The translations under genes and the position numbers were made by a program. The notes under the pieces are model-generated. The model was not told where the DNA came from and did not search any database. It worked only from the letters and a program-made list of their open reading frames with translations. Below are positions 37,941 through 47,660 of a DNA stretch of 64,000 nt, piece by piece; the first letter of the stretch is position 1, and each line of letters begins with the position of its first letter. Origin of the DNA: Candidatus Latescibacterota bacterium (lineage in GTDB: Bacteria > Latescibacterota > UBA2968 > GCA-2709665); the NCBI GenBank assembly GCA_965203805.1, contig OZ241917.1, positions 960,001-1,024,000 of the forward strand, in the 5' to 3' direction.

Positions 37941-39131
37941 TCACTCGCCTTTCGGTATCCGCGACGGACCCTCGGATGCCAACGTGGTCAACGCGCCGAG
38001 CAGCAGGTCGATTTCCTCTTCCAGCAGGAAAAACGGTACGCTGGCGCGCAGTCCCCGCCGCGTCGAGCTGAATGCCTTGACGACGATGCGCCAGCGCCGC
38101 CTAAGCGCATCCCTCACGTCCTCGGGCCGCCAACCCTCCATATCGAATGCGACGACGGCGGCGGACTGTCCGGCGGACGTCGGGGTGAACACCCTGACAT
38201 CCGGGATCCCGGTCAACCCCTGCTTCAACCGGGTCGTCAGCGCCGCGGTGCGCGCCCAGATAGCGTCCAGTCCAATGTTCTCCAGGTATGCCACCGCCGA
38301 CGCCCAGGCGTGCACGAGCGGCCACGACCACGGCCCGAATTCGAACCGCTCGGTATTATCCTTGAGTTCGAAACGATCCTCCCCGAAGTCCACCCACGCC
38401 TGCGCCCGCCCGCCTGCGTAGGTCACGCGTATTTCATCCCGGCGGTCCTCCCGTGCAAACAGCGCTCCGGCGGCATAGGGTGAATACATCCACTTGTAGG
38501 AAAGAACTCCCGCGAAGTCGCAGCCCACTTCGTGCAGATCCAGGGGGTACAACCCGGCGGAGTGCGCCATGTCCAGAAACGTGAGGACGCCCCGCGCCCT
38601 CGCGACGGAACAGATCCGCTCCACGGGCAGGCGGAACCCCGAGTCTGAAATCACGTGGCTCAAGGCTACCAGACGGGTACGCTCCGTGATGCGTCCCGCG
38701 ACCGCTTCGACCTGTCCATCCGCGCATTCCACGAGGGGCGCCTTGTCCACGATGACGCCGTACAGATCGCGCAGATGAAGACAGGGCACGAGCAGGGCCA
38801 CCTCTTCTTCTTCGGAAATCAGGATGCGGTCTCCTGCCTTCCAGTCCAGGCCGCGGATAACCGTCTGGAACGCTTCGCTCACCCCGCGCATCAACGCCAG
38901 ATCGCCGGCCCGTACGCCGAAGAATCTCCCGAGGCGCTCCTTGGACCGTTCCCGGCGCGGGTATTCCTCGTCGGGAAACGCAATGTGCATTGGACCGCGC
39001 TCGAACAGTTCCCGCATCAGCGCCAGATGCGTCCGGGCAACCGGAGCCGGGGTGATGCTCACGCCACCGTTCTGGAACCAGACGAATTTTTCCAGCGGCG
39101 GGAAGTCCGCCCTGATCTTCCCTATATTCAT
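37941..39131 (-). CDS. PLP-dependent class-V aminotransferase-fold enzyme (CefD/EgtE-like; not SufS)
   Basis: LDMAHSAG, SYKW Schiff-base Lys, LRAS; no C-terminal HHC cysteine. Confidence 0.85.
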   Translation of the reverse strand: MNIGKIRADFPPLEKFVWFQNGGVSITPAPVARTHLALMRELFERGPMHIAFPDEEYPRRERSKERLGRFFGVRAGDLALMRGVSEAFQTVIRGLDWKAGDRILISEEEEVALLVPCLHLRDLYGVIVDKAPLVECADGQVEAVAGRITERTRLVALSHVISDSGFRLPVERICSVARARGVLTFLDMAHSAGLYPLDLHEVGCDFAGVLSYKWMYSPYAAGALFAREDRRDEIRVTYAGGRAQAWVDFGEDRFELKDNTERFEFGPWSWPLVHAWASAVAYLENIGLDAIWARTAALTTRLKQGLTGIPDVRVFTPTSAGQSAAVVAFDMEGWRPEDVRDALRRRWRIVVKAFSSTRRGLRASVPFFLLEEEIDLLLGALTTLASEGPSRIPKGE

Positions 39132-39232
39132 ATGCCAGCGCCCAGGTGAAACCAGGTTTTCGGAACAAGCAAGCCGGCTTCCGATCGGTTAAAGCGCGTT
39201 TCGCATCCGTGCCCGCGTTGCGGGTCGCCGCC

Positions 39233-40138
39233 TTAGCGCCAATGGGCGGGCAGTATGACGTCCCTCAATCCCAGTTGCCGCGCAATCCAGCGCTCCTGGT
39301 AGACCCCATCCTTGTAGCGGGAGTGCTCCGAGGCGCGAACCTGAGGAACCGCCTGCATGGCATCGGCTACCTCACCAAGCGTTTCCCGGCTGCCCCACAG
39401 CAGGGTCGGCGCCGTGATCCGTGGCGCAAAGAACAACGGGTCGAAATAGGATACCGTACGGGCTACAGCGTGGCGGCGATCCGGATATTGCCGCAGATAT
39501 TCGTTGATCTCCTCCAACGGATAACCCTCCGTGCCGGCCGCCCGATCCATCGTGCGATGGAAGAATGACGGTGAAGCAACCAGGTGGGTCAGTCCCCCGC
39601 GCAGGGCGGCGGACAAGAGCGGCATCTCGTTCTGGCCTATCCCGACGATTCGCCCGGGGTCCGCTTCCGGACGCGTCAGCACATAGTCGACCGCCCGGCA
39701 ACAGTCGGCCACGATGCCCCGCATCACGTACCTTTCGTGGTCTTCTATCCCGTCCACAAACAAGCCGGGGAACGACGCCGCGTAGGGCTTGTCGGCGTTC
39801 CGCTGCCCCCTGGCGGCCATGGCGAACACCAGGAACCGCCGTCTCTTCTCGCTTGCATCGCCCTGCGGCAGCGGTTCCACCACACTCTGCAGGCGCGTGA
39901 AATACAGAAGCGTCGGAAACGGTCCCTTCCCCCGGGGAATGCTCAGGTAACCGAACAGTCGGTACGGACCGATGCTGGTAAAGCGCACCCCGTACGTCGT
40001 GGAATAGTCGGTCGACCGAATGGGCATCAATTCCACTTCAGGCGCAATTGGCGTCGCGTCTAACGCGTTGACGACGCGATTCCAGTACGCATCGAAATCA
40101 TCGGGTCTGACCGTCGTCGACATGCATAGGCTGGACAC
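39233..40138 (-). CDS. CE7 acetylxylan esterase homologue lacking the GxSxG nucleophile
   Basis: RPDDFDAYW, RGQ, YPLEEI, SYFD conserved; nucleophile elbow reads GIGQNE. Confidence 0.8.
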   Translation of the reverse strand: MSSLCMSTTVRPDDFDAYWNRVVNALDATPIAPEVELMPIRSTDYSTTYGVRFTSIGPYRLFGYLSIPRGKGPFPTLLYFTRLQSVVEPLPQGDASEKRRRFLVFAMAARGQRNADKPYAASFPGLFVDGIEDHERYVMRGIVADCCRAVDYVLTRPEADPGRIVGIGQNEMPLLSAALRGGLTHLVASPSFFHRTMDRAAGTEGYPLEEINEYLRQYPDRRHAVARTVSYFDPLFFAPRITAPTLLWGSRETLGEVADAMQAVPQVRASEHSRYKDGVYQERWIARQLGLRDVILPAHWR

Positions 40139-40187
40139 TGATAACCTCCACTGGCGTCGGGGGAATCCGTTTACGCCGGTTCCGTGT

Positions 40188-41117
40188 TCAGGGGTGGATC
40201 TTCAGGTGTTTCTCGAAAAACGCCTTGATTACGCTACCGTGCGCCACGCTGCCCGCATCGTGGGCGTGGCCGTCGTACGCATACATGCGTTTGTCGCTCG
40301 ACGCGATTGCCCGGAATGCCGCATATCCGGTCTCGGGCGGGCAGATGTTGTCCTGCAACCCCACGTTGACGATTATCGGGCACGAAATGCGCGGACCGAA
40401 GTGGATCCCGTCAAAATAGGCAAGCGTTGCCCGGACCGAGGGCTCCCTATCGGGGTATAGTCGCAGATAGTCCCGGATTTCCTGGTATGGATAGGTGTGC
40501 GCCAGTTGGATCGCATCCATAAACCCGCAGAGGTAAGGCGCCCCGGCAGCTCCGGCAGCAGGATTCCTGAGCCCGGCAACCACCAGCGTCAGTCCGCCAC
40601 CCTGGCTGCTGCCGGTCACGCCGATCCGCTCGGAATCCACTTCCTCTCTGCCGGCCAGAAAATCGAACGCACGCACCGCGTCGATATAGAACCCCCGATA
40701 GGAATAGGTGTTCCGGTCCACGATATTGTGTGTCAACAGTCCCGGATAGCCGGGATTGAACTGACCGTTGCTTCTGAGTTTTCCCCTCGGCGCGACGCTG
40801 AAAACCGCGTAGCCCGTTTTAGCCTGTTGTTTCGGGACAGGCGGCTCTCCGATATATCCGGGCACCTGCAGTATCGACGGCAGCTTCCCCGTATGCGACG
40901 CGGGAAGGCAGTACCATCCCGCGATTCGGATACCATCGATACTGTCGAAGCGGACGTCGAACACGTCTACGTCGGCCGTCGATCTGAGGGGGCTGTGTGT
41001 CACGGCTGCGTTCAGCGGCATGGGATCGACCGCGGCGAGAACGTCGTCCCAGAATTCATCGAAATCGTCGGGCCGCACCATCGATGTGCCGTAATTCTCA
41101 ATTGCGTTCCTGTCCAT
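40188..41117 (-). CDS. CE7 acetylxylan esterase / cephalosporin-C deacetylase
   Basis: RPDDFDEFW, GSSQGG, GLQDNICPP, GHAH catalytic triad. Confidence 0.92.
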   Translation of the reverse strand: MDRNAIENYGTSMVRPDDFDEFWDDVLAAVDPMPLNAAVTHSPLRSTADVDVFDVRFDSIDGIRIAGWYCLPASHTGKLPSILQVPGYIGEPPVPKQQAKTGYAVFSVAPRGKLRSNGQFNPGYPGLLTHNIVDRNTYSYRGFYIDAVRAFDFLAGREEVDSERIGVTGSSQGGGLTLVVAGLRNPAAGAAGAPYLCGFMDAIQLAHTYPYQEIRDYLRLYPDREPSVRATLAYFDGIHFGPRISCPIIVNVGLQDNICPPETGYAAFRAIASSDKRMYAYDGHAHDAGSVAHGSVIKAFFEKHLKIHP

Positions 41118-41146
41118 ATAGGTGTCCTGTCCCAGATAACCGGCGG

Positions 41147-43126
41147 TCAATCCCCGCAATCGCCACTGCCCACAACCACAGAACTCTCGGCACCCTTACG
41201 CCCGAAACCGTTCACGGTTCGGACGGAAAGCCTGCTTCCTGACGCGTCGATGCGCCAGGCGAAGGCCGATGAACACGCCCGCCATTCGCCTTCGTCGATG
41301 CGTTTTTCGAACCCCTTCAGATTCGCGGTTTCCGTATCGAGAAGGACGTAAAGCTCGTCCGGCTCCCCACCCTGTTGGAGATGGATTTCGGCCCGGTCAG
41401 GCGTCCAGTACAGGTCTCCCGGGCGCTCCGTGTGTTCTGAAAACCAGGGCAGCCCCGGCGTGTCCGCGTCCTCCCAGAACAGATATCTGTTGAAGTGATA
41501 GGAGATCTTGCCGTGCTCCGGTTCTCCCGGGCCCATCGTCTCCAGTTCGTCGTTTCGAAGGGAGATCATAAAGCGTTCGAACAACTTCAGCCGCTCGGCC
41601 ACCTGAAACCGCCCGCCAACCGCCGGCGGGGGCTCGGGGACGAGCCTTATATCCGCGTAGTCCTCTTCAACCCAGGCGCGGTGCGCCTCCAGGGCACTGA
41701 GCGGCACCCCCTGCCGTTCCAGGTGGTAGGTGAACTTCGTCTCGTCGTTGGAATCGCCGCCGACGTCCATGGCCACCCATTTGCCGTGCTGGTTCGACCA
41801 GACTTCGTTGATGCAATGTGAACGCATGATCTGTGTGCGCGCGGTAAACCCCAGTGCGGCGCTGCATTGCGACATTACCGTCGCATAATGCGTGCACATT
41901 CCGAGGCTGAGCCCGCGGCTCGCAAGGCTCAGAATCACCATGGCGTCCCAGGGCGGGCAGAATTCAATTTCACCCATGTTCCAGCCGTCCTCCCACTGCT
42001 CCCTCACCCACTGACGCAAACGCAGGAACGCCTCGAACTCGGACTTCGCGGGACGGATGACTTCATCCAGCTTCCAGCGCTCCCGCAGGATCTGTCCGCG
42101 TTTCGAATCGGCCGGCAGGTGGGAAAAACGGTAGGAGCTTCGTATCAGCGCCGGGTTGTCGGAATCGACGATTCTTACCGCTGGCTGTGTAACCCCGCTG
42201 GCCGTTACCGAAAGCGTGACGGCCGCGATTTCCGGCGTCGCCGATGGCTGTTCTGACTGCAATATGATACGCCATTGAAGGAAACGGATCGGGCCGGCGG
42301 GAGCGATCGGACCCGATGCCGGCGCCCACGCCGTCCAGGTTTCCGGGCAGTAAGCCGGGCACGGGCCGCCCCGCCACTGCAGGGCCGTGGTACATCCCGC
42401 GGGCGTGCGCACGTCGGCGGACAGGCGGATCGCATCTATGCTGCCCGCGGCGGCGATCCCGTCAGCTGAAACAAGGCCCGGCAGGTCCACGGCATTGGAA
42501 CAGACCTCGCCTGATTCCACATATTGGTCCAGCCAGAGCCGGACCATGTATTCTCCGCAGGCGCGGTCGTTAACGCCCATCTCCCCGGACCGCCAGGTCA
42601 GGCCGCCGTCTTCGCTGACGGCGCTCCGTTTCGGCTGGACGCTCTCCTCGATCAGCAGCGTCCACGTCGCATCTTCCACAGCCCGGAAAGTCACCTCATT
42701 CCGACCTGCGCTGAGCCAGCCGGCGGGGATCTCCAGCGGTTGCCATCGGTCTTCCCAATATGAACGGTCGACGGGCCAGACGACCCTCAGCGAGTGACCG
42801 TTCACTTCTATGTCCAACTCCCCGTCCGCCCTGTCGCACAGCAGGTAGGGGCAAAGCAGCGCGCGGGATGCGCCCATTTCGGGAATGAAGAATGTCTTTC
42901 GGGCCAGTCGCAGGCCGGAAACGGCCTCGCGATCGTGCTGATTGCAGTTGCCCATCTCGTCGGCAAACGTCACCCCCCGCCTTAGCCTGACGGCATCCTC
43001 CTTAACAGAGATTCCCTTCCCCGTACACGCCGCGAAATCGCTTCGAGAAGCCCAGGTTCCAGTCCCGTTTGCCTGTTTCATACCCGCGTTCCGTTCCGAT
43101 AGGAGAATTGCGCCCTCATTGTCCAT
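41147..43126 (-). CDS. Transglutaminase-like (Cys-His-Asp) domain protein with N-terminal beta-sandwich domains (start 43126 or 43081)
   Basis: GMCTHYA, SHCINEVWS, KWVAMD. Confidence 0.8.
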   Translation of the reverse strand: MDNEGAILLSERNAGMKQANGTGTWASRSDFAACTGKGISVKEDAVRLRRGVTFADEMGNCNQHDREAVSGLRLARKTFFIPEMGASRALLCPYLLCDRADGELDIEVNGHSLRVVWPVDRSYWEDRWQPLEIPAGWLSAGRNEVTFRAVEDATWTLLIEESVQPKRSAVSEDGGLTWRSGEMGVNDRACGEYMVRLWLDQYVESGEVCSNAVDLPGLVSADGIAAAGSIDAIRLSADVRTPAGCTTALQWRGGPCPAYCPETWTAWAPASGPIAPAGPIRFLQWRIILQSEQPSATPEIAAVTLSVTASGVTQPAVRIVDSDNPALIRSSYRFSHLPADSKRGQILRERWKLDEVIRPAKSEFEAFLRLRQWVREQWEDGWNMGEIEFCPPWDAMVILSLASRGLSLGMCTHYATVMSQCSAALGFTARTQIMRSHCINEVWSNQHGKWVAMDVGGDSNDETKFTYHLERQGVPLSALEAHRAWVEEDYADIRLVPEPPPAVGGRFQVAERLKLFERFMISLRNDELETMGPGEPEHGKISYHFNRYLFWEDADTPGLPWFSEHTERPGDLYWTPDRAEIHLQQGGEPDELYVLLDTETANLKGFEKRIDEGEWRACSSAFAWRIDASGSRLSVRTVNGFGRKGAESSVVVGSGDCGD

Positions 43127-43258
43127 ACACTATATTTGGAAACCCGGATACCCGGGCGGCGATGAAGGACCGCAGACCCCGGTTTCAACACCTTGCCGGC
43201 CGGTGAAGTTGCGCCTATACAGGCCGGCTCCGCGAAATGCCGCAGCAGGGACGACCCG

Positions 43259-44740
43259 ATGCCAGACGAAAACATTGTACGCATAGGACACCTCAAGACC
43301 GTGGACGCGTTTCGGAAACGCCTCGAGGGGCTCGGCCTTGCGTTGTCGTGCGACCAGGACATTCTTACCGCGCCTGAATCTCCGCTCGCACAACCGTTTC
43401 CATTCACACCGGAACCGATCGGCAATCGGTTCGCGATCCACCCGATGGAAGGCTGGGACGGTCTGACCGACGGCAATCCATCGGAAGATACCCGCCGCCG
43501 GTGGCGCCACTTCGGTCTGAGCGGCGCAAAGCTCATCTGGGGAGGCGAGGCGATTGCCGTACGACCCGAAGCTCGCGCCAACCCCAACCAGCTGTTCGCC
43601 GCCGAACATACCCGAAACGGCCTGGGCGAGTTGCTCAAAACGCTGCGAGCCGCCCACCGGCTGCACGTTGGCAACACCGACGATCTGGTGGTCGGGCTGC
43701 AACTGACGCACTCGGGACGGTTCTGTCGGCCCACGCACAAAAGCAGGATGGAACCCCGAATCCTGTACCGTCACCCCATCCTCGACCGTAAATTCGGCGT
43801 GGGCCCGGATCACCCGGTGATGTCGGACGGCGAGATTCGATCCGTTATAGACGACTATGTAACGGCCGCACGAATGGCCGCCGATCTGGGCTACCAGTTC
43901 GTGGACATCAAGCATTGCCACGGATATCTGGGCCACGAATTCCTGAGCGCCGTCACACGCAACGGTCCCTTTGGCGGCACATTCGAAAACCGGACGCGTT
44001 TCCTCAGGGAAATTGTCCATGGGATCCGGACCGTCGCGCCAGGTCTCCGGATTGGCGTACGCCTGAGCGTATTTGACTTCGTACCATTCCGGCCCGACCC
44101 GGATCGATCCGACGGTCGCAGACAGGGCCCCGGCATTCCCGAAGACTTCGGCCACTGCCTGCCCTATACCTGCGGTTTTGGCACGAATGCGTCCAATCCC
44201 GTGGTTCCGGATCTCACCGAACCCTATCTCTTTCTGGATCTTCTCGAACGCCTGGATATCCGACTGGTCAATCTCTCGGCCGGCAGCCCGTATTACAATC
44301 CTCACATTCAGCGTCCCGCGTATTATCCCCCGTCAGACGGATACCAACCCCCCGAAGACCCTCTGGCGGGTGTCGCGCGTCAGATCGACGTCGTCCGGCG
44401 GATCAAGAAGCGGCATCCCGGCCTGATCCTGGTGGGTACGGGATATTCCTACCTTCAGGAGTTTCTGCCGCACGTGGCGCAAGCCCAGGTGCGCGAAAGG
44501 CACGTTGATTTTATCGGACTGGGCAGGATGGTCCTTTCCTACCCGCGGCTTCCGCTGGACGTCCTGGAAGAAGGGAAACTGAACACGCGGGTCGTCTGTC
44601 GGACATTCAGCGATTGCACCACCGCGCCACGGAACGGGATGATATCCGGTTGTTTTCCTCTCGACACACATTACAAAAAAACCCCTGAAGCCAAACGCCT
44701 CAGGGAAATTAAGAAAGCCGTCCGTCCCCGGCAAGGGTAA
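43259..44740 (+). CDS. NADH:flavin oxidoreductase (old yellow enzyme family)
   Basis: [41 protein letters not shown]. Confidence 0.92.
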   Translation: MPDENIVRIGHLKTVDAFRKRLEGLGLALSCDQDILTAPESPLAQPFPFTPEPIGNRFAIHPMEGWDGLTDGNPSEDTRRRWRHFGLSGAKLIWGGEAIAVRPEARANPNQLFAAEHTRNGLGELLKTLRAAHRLHVGNTDDLVVGLQLTHSGRFCRPTHKSRMEPRILYRHPILDRKFGVGPDHPVMSDGEIRSVIDDYVTAARMAADLGYQFVDIKHCHGYLGHEFLSAVTRNGPFGGTFENRTRFLREIVHGIRTVAPGLRIGVRLSVFDFVPFRPDPDRSDGRRQGPGIPEDFGHCLPYTCGFGTNASNPVVPDLTEPYLFLDLLERLDIRLVNLSAGSPYYNPHIQRPAYYPPSDGYQPPEDPLAGVARQIDVVRRIKKRHPGLILVGTGYSYLQEFLPHVAQAQVRERHVDFIGLGRMVLSYPRLPLDVLEEGKLNTRVVCRTFSDCTTAPRNGMISGCFPLDTHYKKTPEAKRLREIKKAVRPRQG

Positions 44741-44776
44741 AGCGGCGCGGCGCGGGTAGGGCCGCGACCAACGCCC

Positions 44777-45586
44777 TCAACCCGCTTTGCCATCTGCAAT
44801 TGCCTCGGACTTCAGTACGAAGACCTCCTCCAGAATGAAGAAATCGACGCTCGGCGCCAGTTGGACTTCCCTGAAGAGGGCCTGATCACGTTCACCCACA
44901 CGGGTTACGGTGCCGATCAGAAGCCCCTTGGGAAACACGCCCCCGAGGCCGGAGGAGATGATCCTGTCGCCTTCGGAAACCTCGCTGCGTACCGACACGT
45001 GCCTCAGGAAAAACCTGCCGTTTTCACTCGTCACAATCCCCGAAGTCCGTTCATCGCTCTGCACGATCGCGCTCACCCTGCAATTACGATCGAGCAGCAA
45101 CTGAACCACGGCAGTTCGCGGGTGAACTTCCAGCACGCGACCGACGAGCCCGTCCGCGGTTACGACCGGCATGCGTTTCACCACACCGTCCGCCGCACCC
45201 ATATCCAAAAGCACCGTGTTCATTACCCGGTTCGGATCCCGGGCAACCACCTTCGCTACGAGATACGTGCCTTCGGCCTTTGATCGGAAGTCGAGCAATT
45301 CGCGAAGCCGGAGATTCTCCATCCGCGCCTCACGGAGACCGAGCAGTTCGAGCGAGATGCGCAGATTCTGCTCCCGCAGGATACGGTTCTCGCGGCGCAG
45401 CCTGGAGAGTTCCAATGGCCATGTGAACAGCCCGTGTCCGGCCTTGAGCAGTCCGGTGGCGATACCCCTGGCCAAAGCCACGCTATCGGATTGCCCGAAC
45501 GCCATAAGGCCCGACGATACAAGGACGGCCACGCCAAGAACGACCAGGGCGCGGTGTCCGCGTATAAAACCGAACAGCCACTGCAT
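44777..45586 (-). CDS. mreC: Rod shape-determining protein MreC
   Basis: TM plus coiled coil ENLRLRELL, GLVGRV, SGLGGVFPKG. Confidence 0.95.
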   Translation of the reverse strand: MQWLFGFIRGHRALVVLGVAVLVSSGLMAFGQSDSVALARGIATGLLKAGHGLFTWPLELSRLRRENRILREQNLRISLELLGLREARMENLRLRELLDFRSKAEGTYLVAKVVARDPNRVMNTVLLDMGAADGVVKRMPVVTADGLVGRVLEVHPRTAVVQLLLDRNCRVSAIVQSDERTSGIVTSENGRFFLRHVSVRSEVSEGDRIISSGLGGVFPKGLLIGTVTRVGERDQALFREVQLAPSVDFFILEEVFVLKSEAIADGKAG

Positions 45587-45608
45587 GAGTCATCCAAACC
45601 GCAATCGA

Positions 45609-46628
45609 TTACAAAAGCAGTTTCTGATACTGGTCGATATTCTCGAGAACACGCCCGGTGCCGCGCACAACGCAGGTGAGCGGATCGTCCGCCACGATCA
45701 CGGGCAGGCCGGTCTCTTCCATCAGCCTGCGGTCCAATCCCCGCAGCAATGCTCCGCCTCCCGTCATGATAATGCCCCGATCGAGTATATCGGCAGCCAG
45801 TTCCGGCGGCGTATGCTCCAGTGTCTGCCGCACCGCTTCCAGAATGGAATTCACCGTCCCATTGAGAGCTTCCCGAATTTCCACCGAGTCGACGATTATG
45901 GTTTTCGGGATGAAACTGACCGTATCCAGCCCCCGGCAGGGATGCTGGAATTCGCTATCCAGTGTGCCGGCAGAACCGATTTCACATTTGATTTGTTCCG
46001 CGCTCCGCTCGCCAACGAGAAGGTTGTGTTTGCGTCTGAGCATCGTGATGATGGCCTGATTCATCCCGTCGCCCGCTATCTTGATGGACCGCGAGGTCAC
46101 GATGCCCGACAGGGCGATCACCGCGATTTCGGTGGTACCGCCTCCGATGTCAATCACCATGGATCCCACGGCCTCCTCCACGGGAAGGCCGATCCCGATA
46201 GCTGCGGCCATGGGTTCCGTGATGATGTAGACCTCGCGGGCCCCCGCACGTTCGGCGGATTCCCTGACGGCCCGCATTTCGACGGCAGTCACCCCCGACG
46301 GCACGCAAATCACAATCCGAGGACGGACAAGAAGCCTGTTTTTCTGGACCTTCCGGATGAAGTGACGCAGCATCTCTTCGGTCACGTCGAAATCGGCAAT
46401 GACCCCGTTCCGCAGTGGGCGAATGACGTCAATATCGGGGTTCTGGCGGCCCATCATCTGCTTGGCATGAGATCCGATGGCTAGCGGTTTGTGGGAATTT
46501 CGGTCCAGCGCAACAACCGACGGCTCGTCGACCACGATGTTCTGCCCTTTGACGTAGACCAGGGTATTGGCCGTACCCAGATCGATACCAATGTCATTGG
46601 ACAGCAGTCTGGAAAGAAATAGTGCCAT
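45609..46628 (-). CDS. mreB: Rod shape-determining protein MreB
   Basis: IDLGTANT, EPMAAAIG, DIGGGTT, TGGGALL. Confidence 0.98.
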   Translation of the reverse strand: MALFLSRLLSNDIGIDLGTANTLVYVKGQNIVVDEPSVVALDRNSHKPLAIGSHAKQMMGRQNPDIDVIRPLRNGVIADFDVTEEMLRHFIRKVQKNRLLVRPRIVICVPSGVTAVEMRAVRESAERAGAREVYIITEPMAAAIGIGLPVEEAVGSMVIDIGGGTTEIAVIALSGIVTSRSIKIAGDGMNQAIITMLRRKHNLLVGERSAEQIKCEIGSAGTLDSEFQHPCRGLDTVSFIPKTIIVDSVEIREALNGTVNSILEAVRQTLEHTPPELAADILDRGIIMTGGGALLRGLDRRLMEETGLPVIVADDPLTCVVRGTGRVLENIDQYQKLLL

Positions 46629-46715
46629 AACGTTTCGTTTCCTAACGGGTTAGCCGAGCAATCGGTCTCGAACGTCGCGATGCTTGTCCAGGGTCTTCCT
46701 GTCCCGGACAGAACA

Positions 46716-47378
46716 CTAGTTTAGAATTCGTACCTCCCGGCCATCCACGCTGATTTTTCCCTCCGCGAAGAGGCCGATCACTTCGGAAAGTAACTCGTGC
46801 TCCACGGCCAGCACCTTGCGCGCGAGTGAATCGGGCGTTTCCTCCGGCTGGACGCGGATGCTTCGCTGCAAGATGACCGGGCCGGTGTCGTAATCCCCGT
46901 CCACGAAATGGACGGTCGCTCCCGAGACCTCCACGCCACTGCGGACAACAGCTTCGTGGACGAGGTCCCCATACATCCCCTTTCCACCGAATGCGGGCAG
47001 CAGGGCGGGGTGTATATTGATGATTCGATCCCTGAAGTTTTCAAGCGTCACACGGCCCAGTTTCTTCATATAGCCGGCCAGAACAACCAGGTTGACACCG
47101 TGGGACCTGAGCGTTTCCGCGATCGCACGGTCGAGGGCGCCGGGTTGCGGATGCGTCCTGCCGCTGAGGTGGAACGCCGGGATTCCCGCCCGGCGGGCGC
47201 GGGCGAAAGCGCCCGACCGGCTGTTGTTGCCGATAACGACGCCCACATGCGCCGGAAGCCGTCCGGAGGCGCTCCGGTCGATTATCGCCTGCAGATTGGT
47301 TCCCCCTCCGGAGGCCAGCACACCCAAGCGATAGGCAGCGTTCCGTCCGGACAGGTTCACAGTTCCACGATCCGACAC
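46716..47378 (-). CDS. purN: Phosphoribosylglycinamide formyltransferase
   Basis: SGGGTNLQA, LAGYM, INIHPALLP, SGATVHFV, DTGP. Confidence 0.96.
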   Translation of the reverse strand: MSDRGTVNLSGRNAAYRLGVLASGGGTNLQAIIDRSASGRLPAHVGVVIGNNSRSGAFARARRAGIPAFHLSGRTHPQPGALDRAIAETLRSHGVNLVVLAGYMKKLGRVTLENFRDRIINIHPALLPAFGGKGMYGDLVHEAVVRSGVEVSGATVHFVDGDYDTGPVILQRSIRVQPEETPDSLARKVLAVEHELLSEVIGLFAEGKISVDGREVRILN

Positions 47379-47501
47379 GGGGATTTATTCCGATAACTGA
47401 CTTTACAGCATATAATTCGGCGGGGAAGAAGTAGAAATGCGGGGACACACCCGTCCGCAAGTGTGGCGGCGGGCCCGAGTGGCAACCGGCTCGGCCAACT
47501 C

Positions 47502-47530
47502 AAAATAACCCATTGCACGCTTGATGTCAA
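47502..47530 (-). promoter_or_regulatory. Sigma-70 promoter for purN-mreBC
   Basis: TTGACA-17-TATTTT. Confidence 0.6.
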
Positions 47531-47660
47531 GGGCTTTGCAGGCGAGGTTCAGCCGGTGCGGCAGGCGAAATCCACTTGACAAGGATAAGACAATTATTCT
47601 TATTTAAACCGGTAAATGTTAAGCACTTACTCATCTGACGAACCACAACGGAGGCTGTCT

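Noticed and set aside
37941-39131. Cysteine desulfurase SufS/IscS
   Set aside because: No catalytic Cys loop (RxGHHC or SSGSAC) and no suf/isc neighbours
47379-47500. ZTP riboswitch before purN
   Set aside because: GACUGGCG / CGCCUGGG pseudoknot motifs not found
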